NCBI GenBank assembly: GCA_963712115.1
Contig: CAVQGX010000013.1
Span: 1-27,691 of the forward strand
Reading direction: 5' to 3'
Origin: an uncultured delta proteobacterium
Lineage (GTDB): Bacteria; Desulfobacterota; Syntrophobacteria; BM002
Length of the DNA stretch: 27,691 nt
Shown here: positions 8,168-17,215 of the stretch, one piece after another
Layout of the letters: each line of letters starts with the position of its first letter
Numbering within the stretch: the first letter of the stretch is position 1
The notes under the pieces: model-generated
What the model was told of the DNA's origin: nothing
Databases searched by the model: none
The model's input: only the letters and a program-made list of their open reading frames with translations
Position numbers and translations under genes: made by a program

Positions 8168-9514
8168 GGTTCTTCTCCAAATTAGTTGTAGAAGGCCTGG
8201 TATATTTTCAACGTAAAGTAGCGCAGATCGTGAAATCCGTATGCTTTACGTTTGATGACTTTGATTTTGTTATTCACACCTTCCAACTTTCCAGTGTGGA
8301 TAGGATAATCGCAGTGATTGAGGATACCGTATTGGTATCGTTCCAACATCCGGACGAAGCCTGTCACCGATGGATGTTTTATGGACCGGGCCAGTTCGCA
8401 CCATTGATCAAGAGCCTTGCCGGCCCATGTCCTTGAGCGGTAGGTCCATATGTGTTTGAGCTTTTCCTTAAGAATCATCACCGTATTGATGACTTCATTT
8501 AACGCCAGCAACTCTTTGAGTTGTTGCCGATGGCTTTTGTGCCGCACGTTCCTGCGGTTTCTAAGCAGCAGGTACTTGGTACCTCTGTAGACGGCCTTGT
8601 CCTGTTCGGAGGCCTTGCGATACTCGCTGTTTCGAACTTTATCGATAACGCGGTTAAAATTGGCCACTACGTGAAACAGATCGAAGACGATTTTGGCCTG
8701 AGGCAGTTTTTTTAACGGCTTTGATAAACGGGTCCCACATATCCATGACGATTGCCTCAATGGCGTTGCGCTGCTTGGCATTGAACTGAGTGAAAAACCT
8801 CTCCAGGGTTTTGGCCTTGCGGTCTTTGCCGACAAAGACCACGCGGCCACTGAGATAGTCCAGTACAATGGTCAAGTAGCGGTGACCTTTTCGAATGGAG
8901 ATTTCGTCCACGGCTAAAATACGTAGCCCCTGGTAGTCGAGTTGACCATGATCGCGTTCCAAATAAAACTTGTCGATGGCTTTGACCGTTTTCCAATCCA
9001 GACCCAGGTGTCGAGCCACTTCGGATACGGTCATAAACTGGCACAGCTGATAGATATAAAGGGCCAATCGAGTCGTCCACCCGCAGATAAGGGTGAAACA
9101 ACTCTAAATCCTCGATATGGATGCCTTGACAGTGAGCACAAAACACCTTGCGATACTGGCAGGTGATCCACAGCCGCGCAGTGGCAAGGTGCAGGTCCCG
9201 AACTTTGCGCCGAGTCCAGCTGTGAACACCGCCAGCCCTCTGGCCGCATCCATGGCAGATAGGTTGAAAGCGCTTGTCGGGCTGCACCTGGATGTGAGCT
9301 CCAGTGGCCTCTGATGTAACCGTCTGATTGACAATTCTGATTCGACGAAAGGGAAAATAGGGTGCTATAGTGGGTACGGACATCGCCGGCCTCCTTTGTA
9401 TACGGTTTTTCTTGGTCGCTAAACCATATACCGTTAGGAGTTACCGGATGTCCATTCTGTTTTATTAAACCTCTCATCTTCCTCTATTTGACTCAACTAA
9501 TTTGGAGAAGAACC
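8168..9514 (-). mobile_element. ISL3-family insertion sequence, 1347 bp
   Basis: Perfect 21-bp terminal inverted repeats GGTTCTTCTCCAAATTAGTTG (8168-8188 and 9494-9514). Flanks ATAATAAA and AAGTTTTT do not match. Confidence 0.93.
8182..9383 (-). pseudogene. ISL3 transposase split across three frames
   Basis: Zn finger (CHGC...CAHC), LAVDE, MDMW, FDLFH, LEGVNNKIKVIKRKAYGF. Frameshifts near 9077 (extra G) and in the A7 run at 8707-8713. Confidence 0.88.
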
Positions 9515-9562
9515 AAGTTTTTCTACCTGATTCCGTGCGCTGGACGTTAATTATTTATACAT

Positions 9563-9578
9563 TGGCATCTTTATTGCT
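9563..9578 (+). promoter_or_regulatory. sigma54 (-24/-12) promoter
   Basis: TGGCATCTTTATTGCT, GG-N10-GC, upstream of the gene at 9758. Confidence 0.7.
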
Positions 9579-9757
9579 GTTTGGGGATAATGCTGGAGAG
9601 GATCATGCGACAAATCAAAAAAAGCATGGAATACCTTCTACTTTGGCTGGAGTAGAAACTTCTTAGGAAGCTATCCGGCTGCCATCTAAATGGGAACGGC
9701 AATCGAATTTGTAGCGTAGCTACATATCTTGCTGAAAGTGGCCTAGGAGAAGTCTGC

Positions 9758-10960
9758 ATGACAAATTGCTATCTCTCTTTTCAAATTGGATTTGAGAAAA
9801 AGACCGTCTATCGATTACAAGGACCGACGACGATTGGGCGGGGTTCAGACAATACTATTACTGTTCAGGTTCCGAGTGTGTCACGTAATCATGCCAAAGT
9901 CACTCTCAAGGGAGACACCTGGGTAGTTGAGGACCTAAAAAGTGCAAATGGCATTATGATCGACGGCAAGCGAGTTGATAAATTTACTCTTAGGTCTAAC
10001 GACACTTTCAAACTGGGAGAAGTTGAGTTTAGCTTCATCGAGAAAGAAACTCCCGTGGATAGTGACCAATTAACCAATACAGTGGAAATCTTATCAGCAT
10101 CAGCTGCGGACTTGGATATTCTTGCCGAGAAAGAAAAAGAAGTATTCTGGACTGAACGACTTCAGGATGTACTGTCCGCTATACCTTTTTTTTCTTCTTT
10201 AGATACGGTGGAACGTAATAAGCTGACGGATACTGCCACGCTTCATGGATTTAAAGCCGGAGAAATGATCATACGGGAAGGTGACCCAGGGAGATCAATA
10301 TATGTTGTTTTAAATGGACGGGTTAAGCTTTTTCTCACAAACTATCATGGCAGTGAGCTAGAGCTTTATATCCTTGGAAAGAGTGAGTTTTTCGGAGAGA
10401 TATCTCTTTTGACTGGTAAACCTCGTATAGCCTCCGTTGCGGCAATAGACTCCACTATGGTCATGGAACTCAGTTACGACTCCATGAGGGAGCTTGTCCA
10501 GGAGAATCCTGCCGTTAAGAAACTCTTGTCAGAGTATTACTATGATAGGCTGAAAAAGATTAAAAAGAAACGGTCCGAGACCGGAATGGAGGAACGAAGG
10601 CGTGATCCTCGCGTTAATGAGCAGCTTCCCGTATTCATTTTTATGTTGCCCAACACCACGCCAACTGACGAAGTAAAGAGCAGATCTTGGAAGGCTGATT
10701 CGGTTGACATCTCAAAAAGTGGAATTCTAGTAAGAGTCCCAAAGGCCGAGCCAGAAGAATTTCAGCCGAATGACCAAGTCCTTTTGGAAATTGATCTCGG
10801 AGCAGACCTGGGAAAGGTTCGGACTGCAGGCATTGTGCGTCGGGCCATGCTCCATCAGATGGAAGGAGGGATGACACTCGTAGGCATTAAGTTCGTCGGT
10901 ATGACAGACAGTGACAGCAAGAAGCTCAATAACTCCATCTTCGGCAAGACTCTTATCTAA
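9758..10960 (+). CDS. FHA + cyclic-nucleotide-binding + PilZ domain protein
   Basis: FHA (IGR...SRNH...SANG), cNMP (IIREGD...FGEISL...PRIASV), PilZ (RRDPR...DISKSG). AGGAG RBS. Confidence 0.9.
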   Translation: MTNCYLSFQIGFEKKTVYRLQGPTTIGRGSDNTITVQVPSVSRNHAKVTLKGDTWVVEDLKSANGIMIDGKRVDKFTLRSNDTFKLGEVEFSFIEKETPVDSDQLTNTVEILSASAADLDILAEKEKEVFWTERLQDVLSAIPFFSSLDTVERNKLTDTATLHGFKAGEMIIREGDPGRSIYVVLNGRVKLFLTNYHGSELELYILGKSEFFGEISLLTGKPRIASVAAIDSTMVMELSYDSMRELVQENPAVKKLLSEYYYDRLKKIKKKRSETGMEERRRDPRVNEQLPVFIFMLPNTTPTDEVKSRSWKADSVDISKSGILVRVPKAEPEEFQPNDQVLLEIDLGADLGKVRTAGIVRRAMLHQMEGGMTLVGIKFVGMTDSDSKKLNNSIFGKTLI

Positions 10961-11117
10961 TCCCCTGTCACACAAGTTGCGCAAGGCGGTTTTAAATCTC
11001 TTTTAGCACCATCCAGGTACTATGAAGCGAACTATTCCAAAAGATATTCCTCAAATATAACCTCTCTTTAAGATTAAGAAATCAGTAATTCCCCGGGATT
11101 TTAGTCTGGCTTAGCAC

Positions 11118-11174
11118 TACATACCTCTTAATATAAACTTCCAGCGGAACTAATTCTGACACAATATATGGAAA
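11118..11174. repeat. Module-boundary repeat R1 (diverged)
   Basis: TACATACCTCTTAATATAAACTT...CTGACACAATATATGGAAA matches the family consensus. Confidence 0.7.
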
Positions 11175-11353
11175 TGTGGCGAGGCATTACTAGTACTGAA
11201 AATGAATCATCCCCTCTACCACCCTCAGCAATGTACCAAGGGTATACCTGACGGGGGGTCAATTTGAGTTGAATTGTTTACCTATAAAAGGAGCCACTGA
11301 CGAGCAAGCTGTATTGAATGGGATATATTTTCAACCTTGGCCCTGCCAATCCG

Positions 11354-11599
11354 CTAAGATTTAAAACGATCTATCTTTGGTCGCCGTGAAGGGGTGTTTA
11401 CAGGTTGTTGCTCAGGCCGGGATGGAGTTCGCAAAGAAAATGAAAATGTATTTTCCACAGAAACAAAATTTGAATTGCAGCAACTACAGAAATAGTGCCT
11501 ACTCAGTGGTATGATGCGCATCCATAAACTTCTTCTAATATGAGTTTCTGGTATGCTCTTGCATCGAGGACAGGCTTCGCCGATGGTAAATTTTGCCAT
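11354..11599 (-). CDS. Small Zn-ribbon protein; paralog of 16307-16516
   Basis: CPRC...IRRSLWMR...HYFCSCC. ATG at 11599 follows GAGGGG. Near-consensus sigma54 site TGGCACAACTCTTGTA at 11684-11699. Confidence 0.7.
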   Translation of the reverse strand: MAKFTIGEACPRCKSIPETHIRRSLWMRIIPLSRHYFCSCCNSNFVSVENTFSFSLRTPSRPEQQPVNTPSRRPKIDRFKS

Positions 11600-11824
11600 T
11601 TGGGTGCCCCTCGCCCTTTCTCGGAAGAATGAGGAGTGAAGTTCATTAGACCTGGTTACGTTATCCGCGCGACAAGAAAACCATACAAGAGTTGTGCCAA
11701 AGTCGATTGCAAGGACAGGTGTGATTAGACTAGGCACGGTTTACCAGAAAAGGCATGCCTTGGCTATGTCTGGTCCCTATTCAATCGATACAATATATTG
11801 ATAACTCTACAAGATTTCTGCGCA

Positions 11825-12394
11825 TCACTGATTGTCTGCTGGACTTATCAGAAGTCTCTGTGCCGGATGGATAATTGCTTCAGGTTCAAGCTTATTGAGA
11901 CGTCGCAATTCATCTACTGTTAAACCATAGCGACGACTTATGCTATAAAGTGTCTCACCAGCAACCACTTCGTGGTAAACAGCCTTTGTTTGTTTTTTTG
12001 CAGTTTGAGCAGGACTGCTTTTCGAGGGCGTTTCTAGCGTCCCAAAAGTATCTATTAACGTATTAAACTGTTTATTCTTCTCCTTGATCTGCTCTAGGTC
12101 TGCTTCGATCCTATCAAGTCTATAAAGTCTCTCTTCGAGCTGTTTGATTCTCTTTTCCAGTGATCTCATCTTACTTCCTGAGTCAACATTACTATAGCGT
12201 TGGAAAAGCAATGTAACCAGGACAAACAGTCCCACGATGAACGCCCCTATTAAAAGAGAAAATCCTCTCTTGCCCGGTGGTTTCCCTGTGAACCCATTTC
12301 CCTTATTCTTCCTCCGGGCTGAATATCCCTCTTCTCCAGAAAAATCTACCTCAAAGTCTGCTTCGAGAGTGTCTATTTTGTCCCTTTGATTCAT
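11825..12394 (-). CDS. Membrane-anchored coiled-coil LysM protein
   Basis: One hydrophobic segment, a coiled coil, and C-terminal YHEVVAGETLYSISRRYGLTVDELRRLN...IHPAQRL. Confidence 0.9.
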   Translation of the reverse strand: MNQRDKIDTLEADFEVDFSGEEGYSARRKNKGNGFTGKPPGKRGFSLLIGAFIVGLFVLVTLLFQRYSNVDSGSKMRSLEKRIKQLEERLYRLDRIEADLEQIKEKNKQFNTLIDTFGTLETPSKSSPAQTAKKQTKAVYHEVVAGETLYSISRRYGLTVDELRRLNKLEPEAIIHPAQRLLISPADNQ

Positions 12395-12441
12395 TGCTAC
12401 CCCGCCGCTCTCAATATAATTGGTAATAAAACTTTCACCAA

Positions 12442-12457
12442 CGCAATCCCGATGCCA
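12442..12457 (-). promoter_or_regulatory. sigma54 promoter for the LysM gene
   Basis: TGGCATCGGGATTGCG, GG-N10-GC. Confidence 0.7.
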
Positions 12458-12459
12458 AT

Positions 12460-12485
12460 AAAAAAGGTGGAGTCAGTGACTCCGC
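12460..12485 (-). terminator. Intrinsic terminator after the FHA gene
   Basis: Minus strand GCGGAGTCACTGACTCCACC followed by a T-run. Confidence 0.6.
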
Positions 12486-12559
12486 TGTGGTTATTTACTA
12501 GTGCATAGATGTGACAATGAAGGAAAGGGGAGAGTCTCTTCTTAACCCTGGTTTCGCTC

Positions 12560-12943
12560 TTAGAGTTTAACTAATGTTCGTTCAATTGTGCCGAAGACAT
12601 CAGATTTACCGTCATGTTCTTTGGTTAAAGCTGATGCCCTTTTCTTCAGAGAGAAGGTGAATACTCTGACGTTGAGTTCATTGCCAAACTTGACAATGTC
12701 CTCGTCAGCTAACTCAGCTGATTGCACTTTTATCCCGTTCACAAAGGTGCCGTTTCTGATTTCTTTATCTAGGACAATTAGTTTTTCTCCTATTTTTTGA
12801 ATTATAGCATGGTGCATAGAGACAGCTGCATCTTTGGGTACGATGTCATTGTCGGGATGCCGACCAATTGTTAGTCTATCCCCTTCTTTGAGAGTGTAAT
12901 CTTTTAGCACAAGTTCTTTAAACCGCAATTCTAGTACGACCAT
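12560..12943 (-). CDS. Stand-alone FHA domain protein
   Basis: LTIGRHPDND...VSMHHA...RNGTFVNG...DIVKFG. ATG at 12943 follows GAGGG. Confidence 0.85.
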   Translation of the reverse strand: MVVLELRFKELVLKDYTLKEGDRLTIGRHPDNDIVPKDAAVSMHHAIIQKIGEKLIVLDKEIRNGTFVNGIKVQSAELADEDIVKFGNELNVRVFTFSLKKRASALTKEHDGKSDVFGTIERTLVKL

Positions 12944-12984
12944 CTTTCCCTCAGTTGATCCCAATTAGCTCATGTATGAACTAT

Positions 12985-13000
12985 TGCATCGTTCATGCCA
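12985..13000 (-). promoter_or_regulatory. sigma54 promoter for the FHA gene
   Basis: TGGCATGAACGATGCA, GG-N10-GC. Confidence 0.65.
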
Positions 13001-13021
13001 GTTAGACTTACTGTAAAACTT

Positions 13022-13110
13022 CACATCCCTTAATCTAAATTTTGGCTGGTCTTAACTCTGACACAAGATGTTGGAAAGAAAAAAGCGGGGCGAACTAGGC
13101 GGTGTTCTTT
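13022..13110. repeat. Module-boundary repeat R2 with a decayed terminator hairpin
   Basis: CACATCCCTTAATCTAAAT...CTGACACAAGATGTTGGAAAG then AAAAGCGGGGCGAAC...GTGTTCTT. Confidence 0.85.
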
Positions 13111-13134
13111 GAAAAACTAATACTGCTGACTATA

Positions 13135-13524
13135 TTATTCCCAAGGAAATTCTTCTTTGTACCAGGGTGCAGGCAAATTCACCTCGATTGGCGTAACATC
13201 TGGATAATGACTTGCAAGTTTTGGTTTTACTGCTTCTGCAACAAATCTAACTACACCACTACGGAAATTGCTGCCAGTCTTCGCCCAGGTTACATAGAGC
13301 TGGCGTTGCTCTCCAATGGCGCTTATGGCTTCATTATTGCGTTCCTTGGCCAGGCAATCTCTAATGCAGCCTTCTCCAGCTAGCAGGGCTACTGGGTTCT
13401 GCTCGCCGTACCAGATGATGAAGACCCCTTCTATTTCTTCAAAATGCTCGTGGTCTAAGTCCAAATCTAAAAGAGCACACCATGTGCCTGCTTCACACTT
13501 GTTCCATTCAAGAAAGACGTTCAT
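13135..13524 (-). CDS. Hypothetical protein with weak GIY-YIG-like pattern
   Basis: 129-aa ORF with GGAG RBS. EGVFIIWY...LLAGEG.IRDCL echoes the GIY-YIG layout without its canonical residues. Confidence 0.65.
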   Translation of the reverse strand: MNVFLEWNKCEAGTWCALLDLDLDHEHFEEIEGVFIIWYGEQNPVALLAGEGCIRDCLAKERNNEAISAIGEQRQLYVTWAKTGSNFRSGVVRFVAEAVKPKLASHYPDVTPIEVNLPAPWYKEEFPWE

Positions 13525-13583
13525 TCTGCAGCGCTCCAGTGAGATGCGTAGAGTCTTCTGAAAAGATAGTCACTGTTTTATCT

Positions 13584-14003
13584 TCACTGTGGTTTTGGAC
13601 CGATGTCTTTAGGGTTTATGGTTAGGGTCTTAAGGGCCTTCAACTGTTTGCTATCTATCTCCTCGTCCGGCTCTAGATGCTGCAATATTTCCTTGGCTAT
13701 GACTCTTCTGTCATCGCTGGAGATATTCAGGAAACGAATCCCCATACCACGAGGATTAGTCTCGTCATCAGGTCCGTAGATATTAGACCAGACTACTTCA
13801 GCTTTGACCTTCAGTCTCTTTTCTGGTGCTTTGATGACCATATCAAATACTGTGTTTAATTTTAGAGGATTGGCACAACACACATAAGCCCCACTTGCGC
13901 TAATGTCTTTCGTTACTCCTTCTATTACTTTGCCATCGACTTTCGCTAGAACAGGCCATTTAAACTTGGCCCTATGATGTGTGCGTTTTTCCTTTTCAAC
14001 CAT
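13584..14003 (-). CDS. PilZ domain protein
   Basis: RTHHR (RxxxR) and DISASG (DxSxxG), then VVW...GMGIRF. Confidence 0.9.
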   Translation of the reverse strand: MVEKEKRTHHRAKFKWPVLAKVDGKVIEGVTKDISASGAYVCCANPLKLNTVFDMVIKAPEKRLKVKAEVVWSNIYGPDDETNPRGMGIRFLNISSDDRRVIAKEILQHLEPDEEIDSKQLKALKTLTINPKDIGPKPQ

Positions 14004-14049
14004 AGTGTTACTCCGTGTCTAAAATTGCCTTTATTGGTTTACTTAAATG

Positions 14050-14065
14050 TGCAGGAAATATGCCA
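14050..14065 (-). promoter_or_regulatory. sigma54 promoter for the PilZ gene
   Basis: TGGCATATTTCCTGCA, GG-N10-GC. Confidence 0.7.
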
Positions 14066-14110
14066 TAGGTTTTAGGTCTAATTTGAGAGAAGAAACCGCA
14101 GTAGAAAAGT

Positions 14111-14196
14111 AAAAAAGCCCCCATCGAACCGGGCACGGATGGCTGATGGGGGCACAACTATAGGAGAGTGAGATCAGTAGATCTCAACTCTATTTT
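14111..14196 (-). ncRNA. Candidate sigma54-dependent small RNA, about 85 nt
   Basis: No ORF between the promoter at 14207-14222 and the terminator GCCCCCATC...GATGGGGGC-T6 (14111-14153). Internal GAGATC/GATCTC hairpin and a CUCUCCUA segment. Confidence 0.55.
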
Positions 14197-14206
14197 TACT
14201 TGTATA

Positions 14207-14222
14207 GGCAGGAAGAGTGCCA
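14207..14222 (-). promoter_or_regulatory. sigma54 promoter for the candidate sRNA
   Basis: TGGCACTCTTCCTGCC, GG-N10-GC. Confidence 0.7.
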
Positions 14223-14568
14223 AAATGACAAAAAAGCGTTTAAATATATCATTTCAATGATTTGACTGCCACGCTTTAAATCTCGGCAGTTTTGTCAAAT
14301 CGCCAAATTTGGCGAAATGCCAAAAGCCAAGTTGGTCTTTTGGCCAATTGCAGGCAGAGTGGATAGCTTGAAAAGAAAAACCCTTATCGATGACTGGCCT
14401 CCTCAACTTCAGTGCTCGGCCGATGGGGCTAAAATGGATCAGTTGAGCGAGCGACAACCTCAATTCAACTGCTTCATAAACGCAAACCTAATGCCAATGA
14501 AATAGAGGATTCCGGTGTGGATGGTTCTGTGAATAGTAAACTCACCTCGATGCTGCGAAAGTAGATAT

Positions 14569-14621
14569 TACATCCCTTAATTTAAACTTTTGCTCCTAGT
14601 GAACCAAATACAGAATGTGGT
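14569..14621. repeat. Module-boundary repeat R3
   Basis: TACATCCCTTAATTTAAACTT. Left flank AAACTCACCTCGAT resembles the R6 flank AAACGCACTTCGAT; right half diverged. Confidence 0.75.
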
Positions 14622-14777
14622 AGATGCCGATGAGGAGGCAGAGTTTAGATTAAAGTATGAGATGACTACTTCCGGGGGACCAATACGGATTTTGAGTCTT
14701 TAGGCCGAGTTTTGATGTGCAGGCTTGTAACGACGATGTTCTTTACTCATGCTGAAAAGGAGGGTAATAGCAGCATT

Positions 14778-15347
14778 TCACCGGGCGGTAAGTAAGTAGA
14801 AGCAAACGCCCAAAAATGTGCCTATGCTGTTTAGGATCCAGTCGGATAAAGAAGAGGTCCTCCCTGGTATGAGATATTGGATCATCTCCAAGCTCAGGCT
14901 GATGCTAATTCCGACTAGCACTGTCACAGCAACGGCACTTATCTTTTGCAAACGTTTATTATCCAGAAGATAGGACACCAAAAGATAGCCAAATGGTAAG
15001 AATCCGAAAACATTTATAACAGAGTCTGTGTTTAAAGAAACAGCTCCCACAGTCAGGAAATGTTTCTTGGTAAATATTCCAAAGCTGTGGGGCACAAGTC
15101 CCATAAATAAAAGACCTAAGAAATAAACAGCCAGTAAGACCCCATCCATCTTTGTCTGATTTGGAAAAAGTAGCCTGCGCAGTCTGGAGAGCATGACGAT
15201 TCCACCAACTACAACAATTGAAAGCTGTATCAGGCCAATGCCAGGACTCCCAATATGAAGAGAGCCCGCAGCAACCCCAAGAAACATAATACTGAGTCCC
15301 ACGACTAATAGGATAGTATCTGAATGAGTTAGTATATTTTTTTTCAC
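14778..15347 (-). CDS. VanZ-family membrane protein
   Basis: Several hydrophobic segments; NVFGFLPFG...EMIQYLIPGRTSSLSDWILNSIG. Confidence 0.85.
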   Translation of the reverse strand: MKKNILTHSDTILLVVGLSIMFLGVAAGSLHIGSPGIGLIQLSIVVVGGIVMLSRLRRLLFPNQTKMDGVLLAVYFLGLLFMGLVPHSFGIFTKKHFLTVGAVSLNTDSVINVFGFLPFGYLLVSYLLDNKRLQKISAVAVTVLVGISISLSLEMIQYLIPGRTSSLSDWILNSIGTFLGVCFYLLTAR

Positions 15348-15504
15348 CGTCTGGTCTCGGCTCCTCAGCGCTAAAAAGTGCTCTCAATCATCAAAGGTTT
15401 TGTGTATATCTCGAAAGGTCAAAAAAGGAAAGCAAATTCTGATAGAAGGCGTTAGGGAAAGTCGAGTTATGTGAAATCTACCCAAACCCCATGATACTTT
15501 AAAT

Positions 15505-15587
15505 CACATCCTTTAATTCACATTCTGCTGAAATTTAATTTACCACAAGATATTGAGAGTCATAGAAAAGCGGAGCCGAAGCTCCGC
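15505..15587. repeat. Module-boundary repeat R4 with terminator hairpin
   Basis: CACATCCTTTAATTCACATT...CCACAAGATATTGAGAG...AAAAGCGGAGCCGAAGCTCCGC. Confidence 0.9.
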
Positions 15588-15635
15588 ATGGTCTCTGAAA
15601 AATAGTTAAAGCCTATTTCTAGACTTCCTATCTCC

Positions 15636-15845
15636 CTATATTGATGAGTAACAAATATCTAGTGCAGAAGTAGGTGGTTCAATTCTGTTCAGCTCATTTC
15701 TGTGAATGAATTGTCTGACAGCTTCCTCATTTATGCATTTTGCATAAATAGACAGGCAGTTCTCTTTGCCGCACTTAGAATATTCCTTGGCATTTATTTC
15801 TGTCAGTTCATGATAGCTACATTTCATGCAATATTGTAGGACCAT
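15636..15845 (-). CDS. Small Cys-rich hypothetical protein
   Basis: MVLQYCMKCSYH...CGKENC...C. GGAGG RBS, own sigma54 promoter and downstream terminator. Confidence 0.7.
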   Translation of the reverse strand: MVLQYCMKCSYHELTEINAKEYSKCGKENCLSIYAKCINEEAVRQFIHRNELNRIEPPTSALDICYSSI

Positions 15846-15945
15846 TTCTTCTCTCCCTCCACGATTGAGCTGCTGCCGCCTATTGAAATATCTATAAAGA
15901 GTCGAATAACCAGGTTCCAATAGACCAAAGATGATTTATTGGATA

Positions 15946-15961
15946 GGCAATCACCATGCCA
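15946..15961 (-). promoter_or_regulatory. sigma54 promoter
   Basis: TGGCATGGTGATTGCC, GG-N10-GC. Confidence 0.7.
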
Positions 15962-16154
15962 AAGAAATTATTTTTAAACTTTTGCTGTGTTGACGGTTAG
16001 TTATCTCAGAATTAGCCATGCAGAGCTCGTGAGAAAGTGGTATTTTGAGTAATAGTATTGGAAAAAAGATTCCATCTTCTCTGTGTCAAAAGAAAAACTC
16101 ACTATTTTTGGAGATTAAATGGCTGGCTCAAACGAGAAGGGGCAAAGTTTGTAT

Positions 16155-16236
16155 TACATCCCTTAATTCACACTCTCCTAGAATTTAATCTGGCACAAGA
16201 TATTGAGAGTACAAAAAAGCAGAGCCGAAGCTACGC
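16155..16236. repeat. Module-boundary repeat R5 with terminator hairpin
   Basis: TACATCCCTTAATTCACACT...TGGCACAAGATATTGAGAG...AAAAAAGCAGAGCCGAAGCTACGC. Left flank CAAAGTTTGTAT is identical to that of R7. Confidence 0.9.
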
Positions 16237-16306
16237 CGGTGGAGTTTAAAAAGTAACTTTAAAAGGTGAATGCTGTTTTGCACTCGTTAATGGGCGGACT
16301 AAAACC

Positions 16307-16516
16307 CTACCTTACTACTCTGAACATTTTGAATAATCCTAGACAAGCCGCAACCATTAAGGAATGGCGAGAGCAGTGGATAAAAAGGTTACTACAGTGT
16401 CTACAGAGATAGTGCTCACTTGTTGCTATCAGACGCATCCAGAGCTTTCTTCTTATCCGCCTTAATTCGACACACTGGCATATTGGACAGCTCTTGCTTT
16501 TGGCTAACGACACCAC
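16307..16516 (-). CDS. Small Zn-ribbon protein; paralog of 11354-11599
   Basis: CPIC...IRRKLWMR...HYLCRHC. Confidence 0.7.
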   Translation of the reverse strand: MVSLAKSKSCPICQCVELRRIRRKLWMRLIATSEHYLCRHCSNLFIHCSRHSLMVAACLGLFKMFRVVR

Positions 16517-16566
16517 CTTCTAATCATCCCAAAATGAAGCAAAGCCGAAGGCCCGCAAACTGAGCA

Positions 16567-16923
16567 TTAGTCAAGTACGCTCTGAACATACTCGTGAAGG
16601 ATAGCTAGAGAAGATTCTTGGAGATTCAGAAACTTGATTCCTCCGGTGAAGCAGGTTGTTTCTTGTCCCGGGATAATGCCGTGGTTTTGCAACCAAGCTA
16701 CTTCACCACTTACACATAGTACTGTCTTGAAGCGGTCTGGCAGCTGAAATGCCACCTCCAATTCTTCATTCACGGAGAGGGGGTAATTGGTCTTAATACT
16801 CATCCCTCCAGTGCTCAAATTGCAGACTATTATCCCCACTTCATTGAGGTCTTCTTGACAGCAGCGTGCAATTAGAGAAATAAGCACTCTAGGGGCGTTT
16901 CGTCTGTTCTCCTGCTCTCGCAT
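16567..16923 (-). CDS. PilZ domain protein
   Basis: RRNAPR and NLSTGG motifs, then GEVAW...GIKF. Confidence 0.85.
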   Translation of the reverse strand: MREQENRRNAPRVLISLIARCCQEDLNEVGIIVCNLSTGGMSIKTNYPLSVNEELEVAFQLPDRFKTVLCVSGEVAWLQNHGIIPGQETTCFTGGIKFLNLQESSLAILHEYVQSVLD

Positions 16924-17215
16924 AGCACTTATCCAGGTAAGCAGTTCACAGCAGAAGTCAAGCAACAAGCAAGTTGTAAGAATTAGGTGAGGATGTAAGG
17001 TAAAGAAATGCAGGCTCTTAACTTATAGAAGAATAGACTGCATTTCAACAAAAAAAAGCGTTAATACATTTATACGTGCTAAAGTACTTACGTAGAAATT
17101 CTGACTTTTGCAAATGGACAATCATAGAGAAGGCGAAGTTTACACGACAACGAAGTGGCCTGTGTCAAATGAGATGCGGTATTGAGGGCAACTAGGTAAA
17201 AAGTGAGGTGTTAGA

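Noticed and set aside
15425-15445. AAAGCAAATTCTGATA as an IS91-like terminus
   Set aside because: A short imperfect match recalled from memory, with no HUH transposase in the window.
16191-16207. TGGCACAAGATATTGAG inside the repeat as a sigma54 promoter
   Set aside because: There is no GC at the -12 position, and the GG is not conserved in R1, R2 or R4.
16538-16565. GCAAAGCC as part of a c-di-GMP-I riboswitch near the PilZ genes
   Set aside because: The upstream GGCAAACC/GAAA stem is missing and it lies on the strand opposite the genes.
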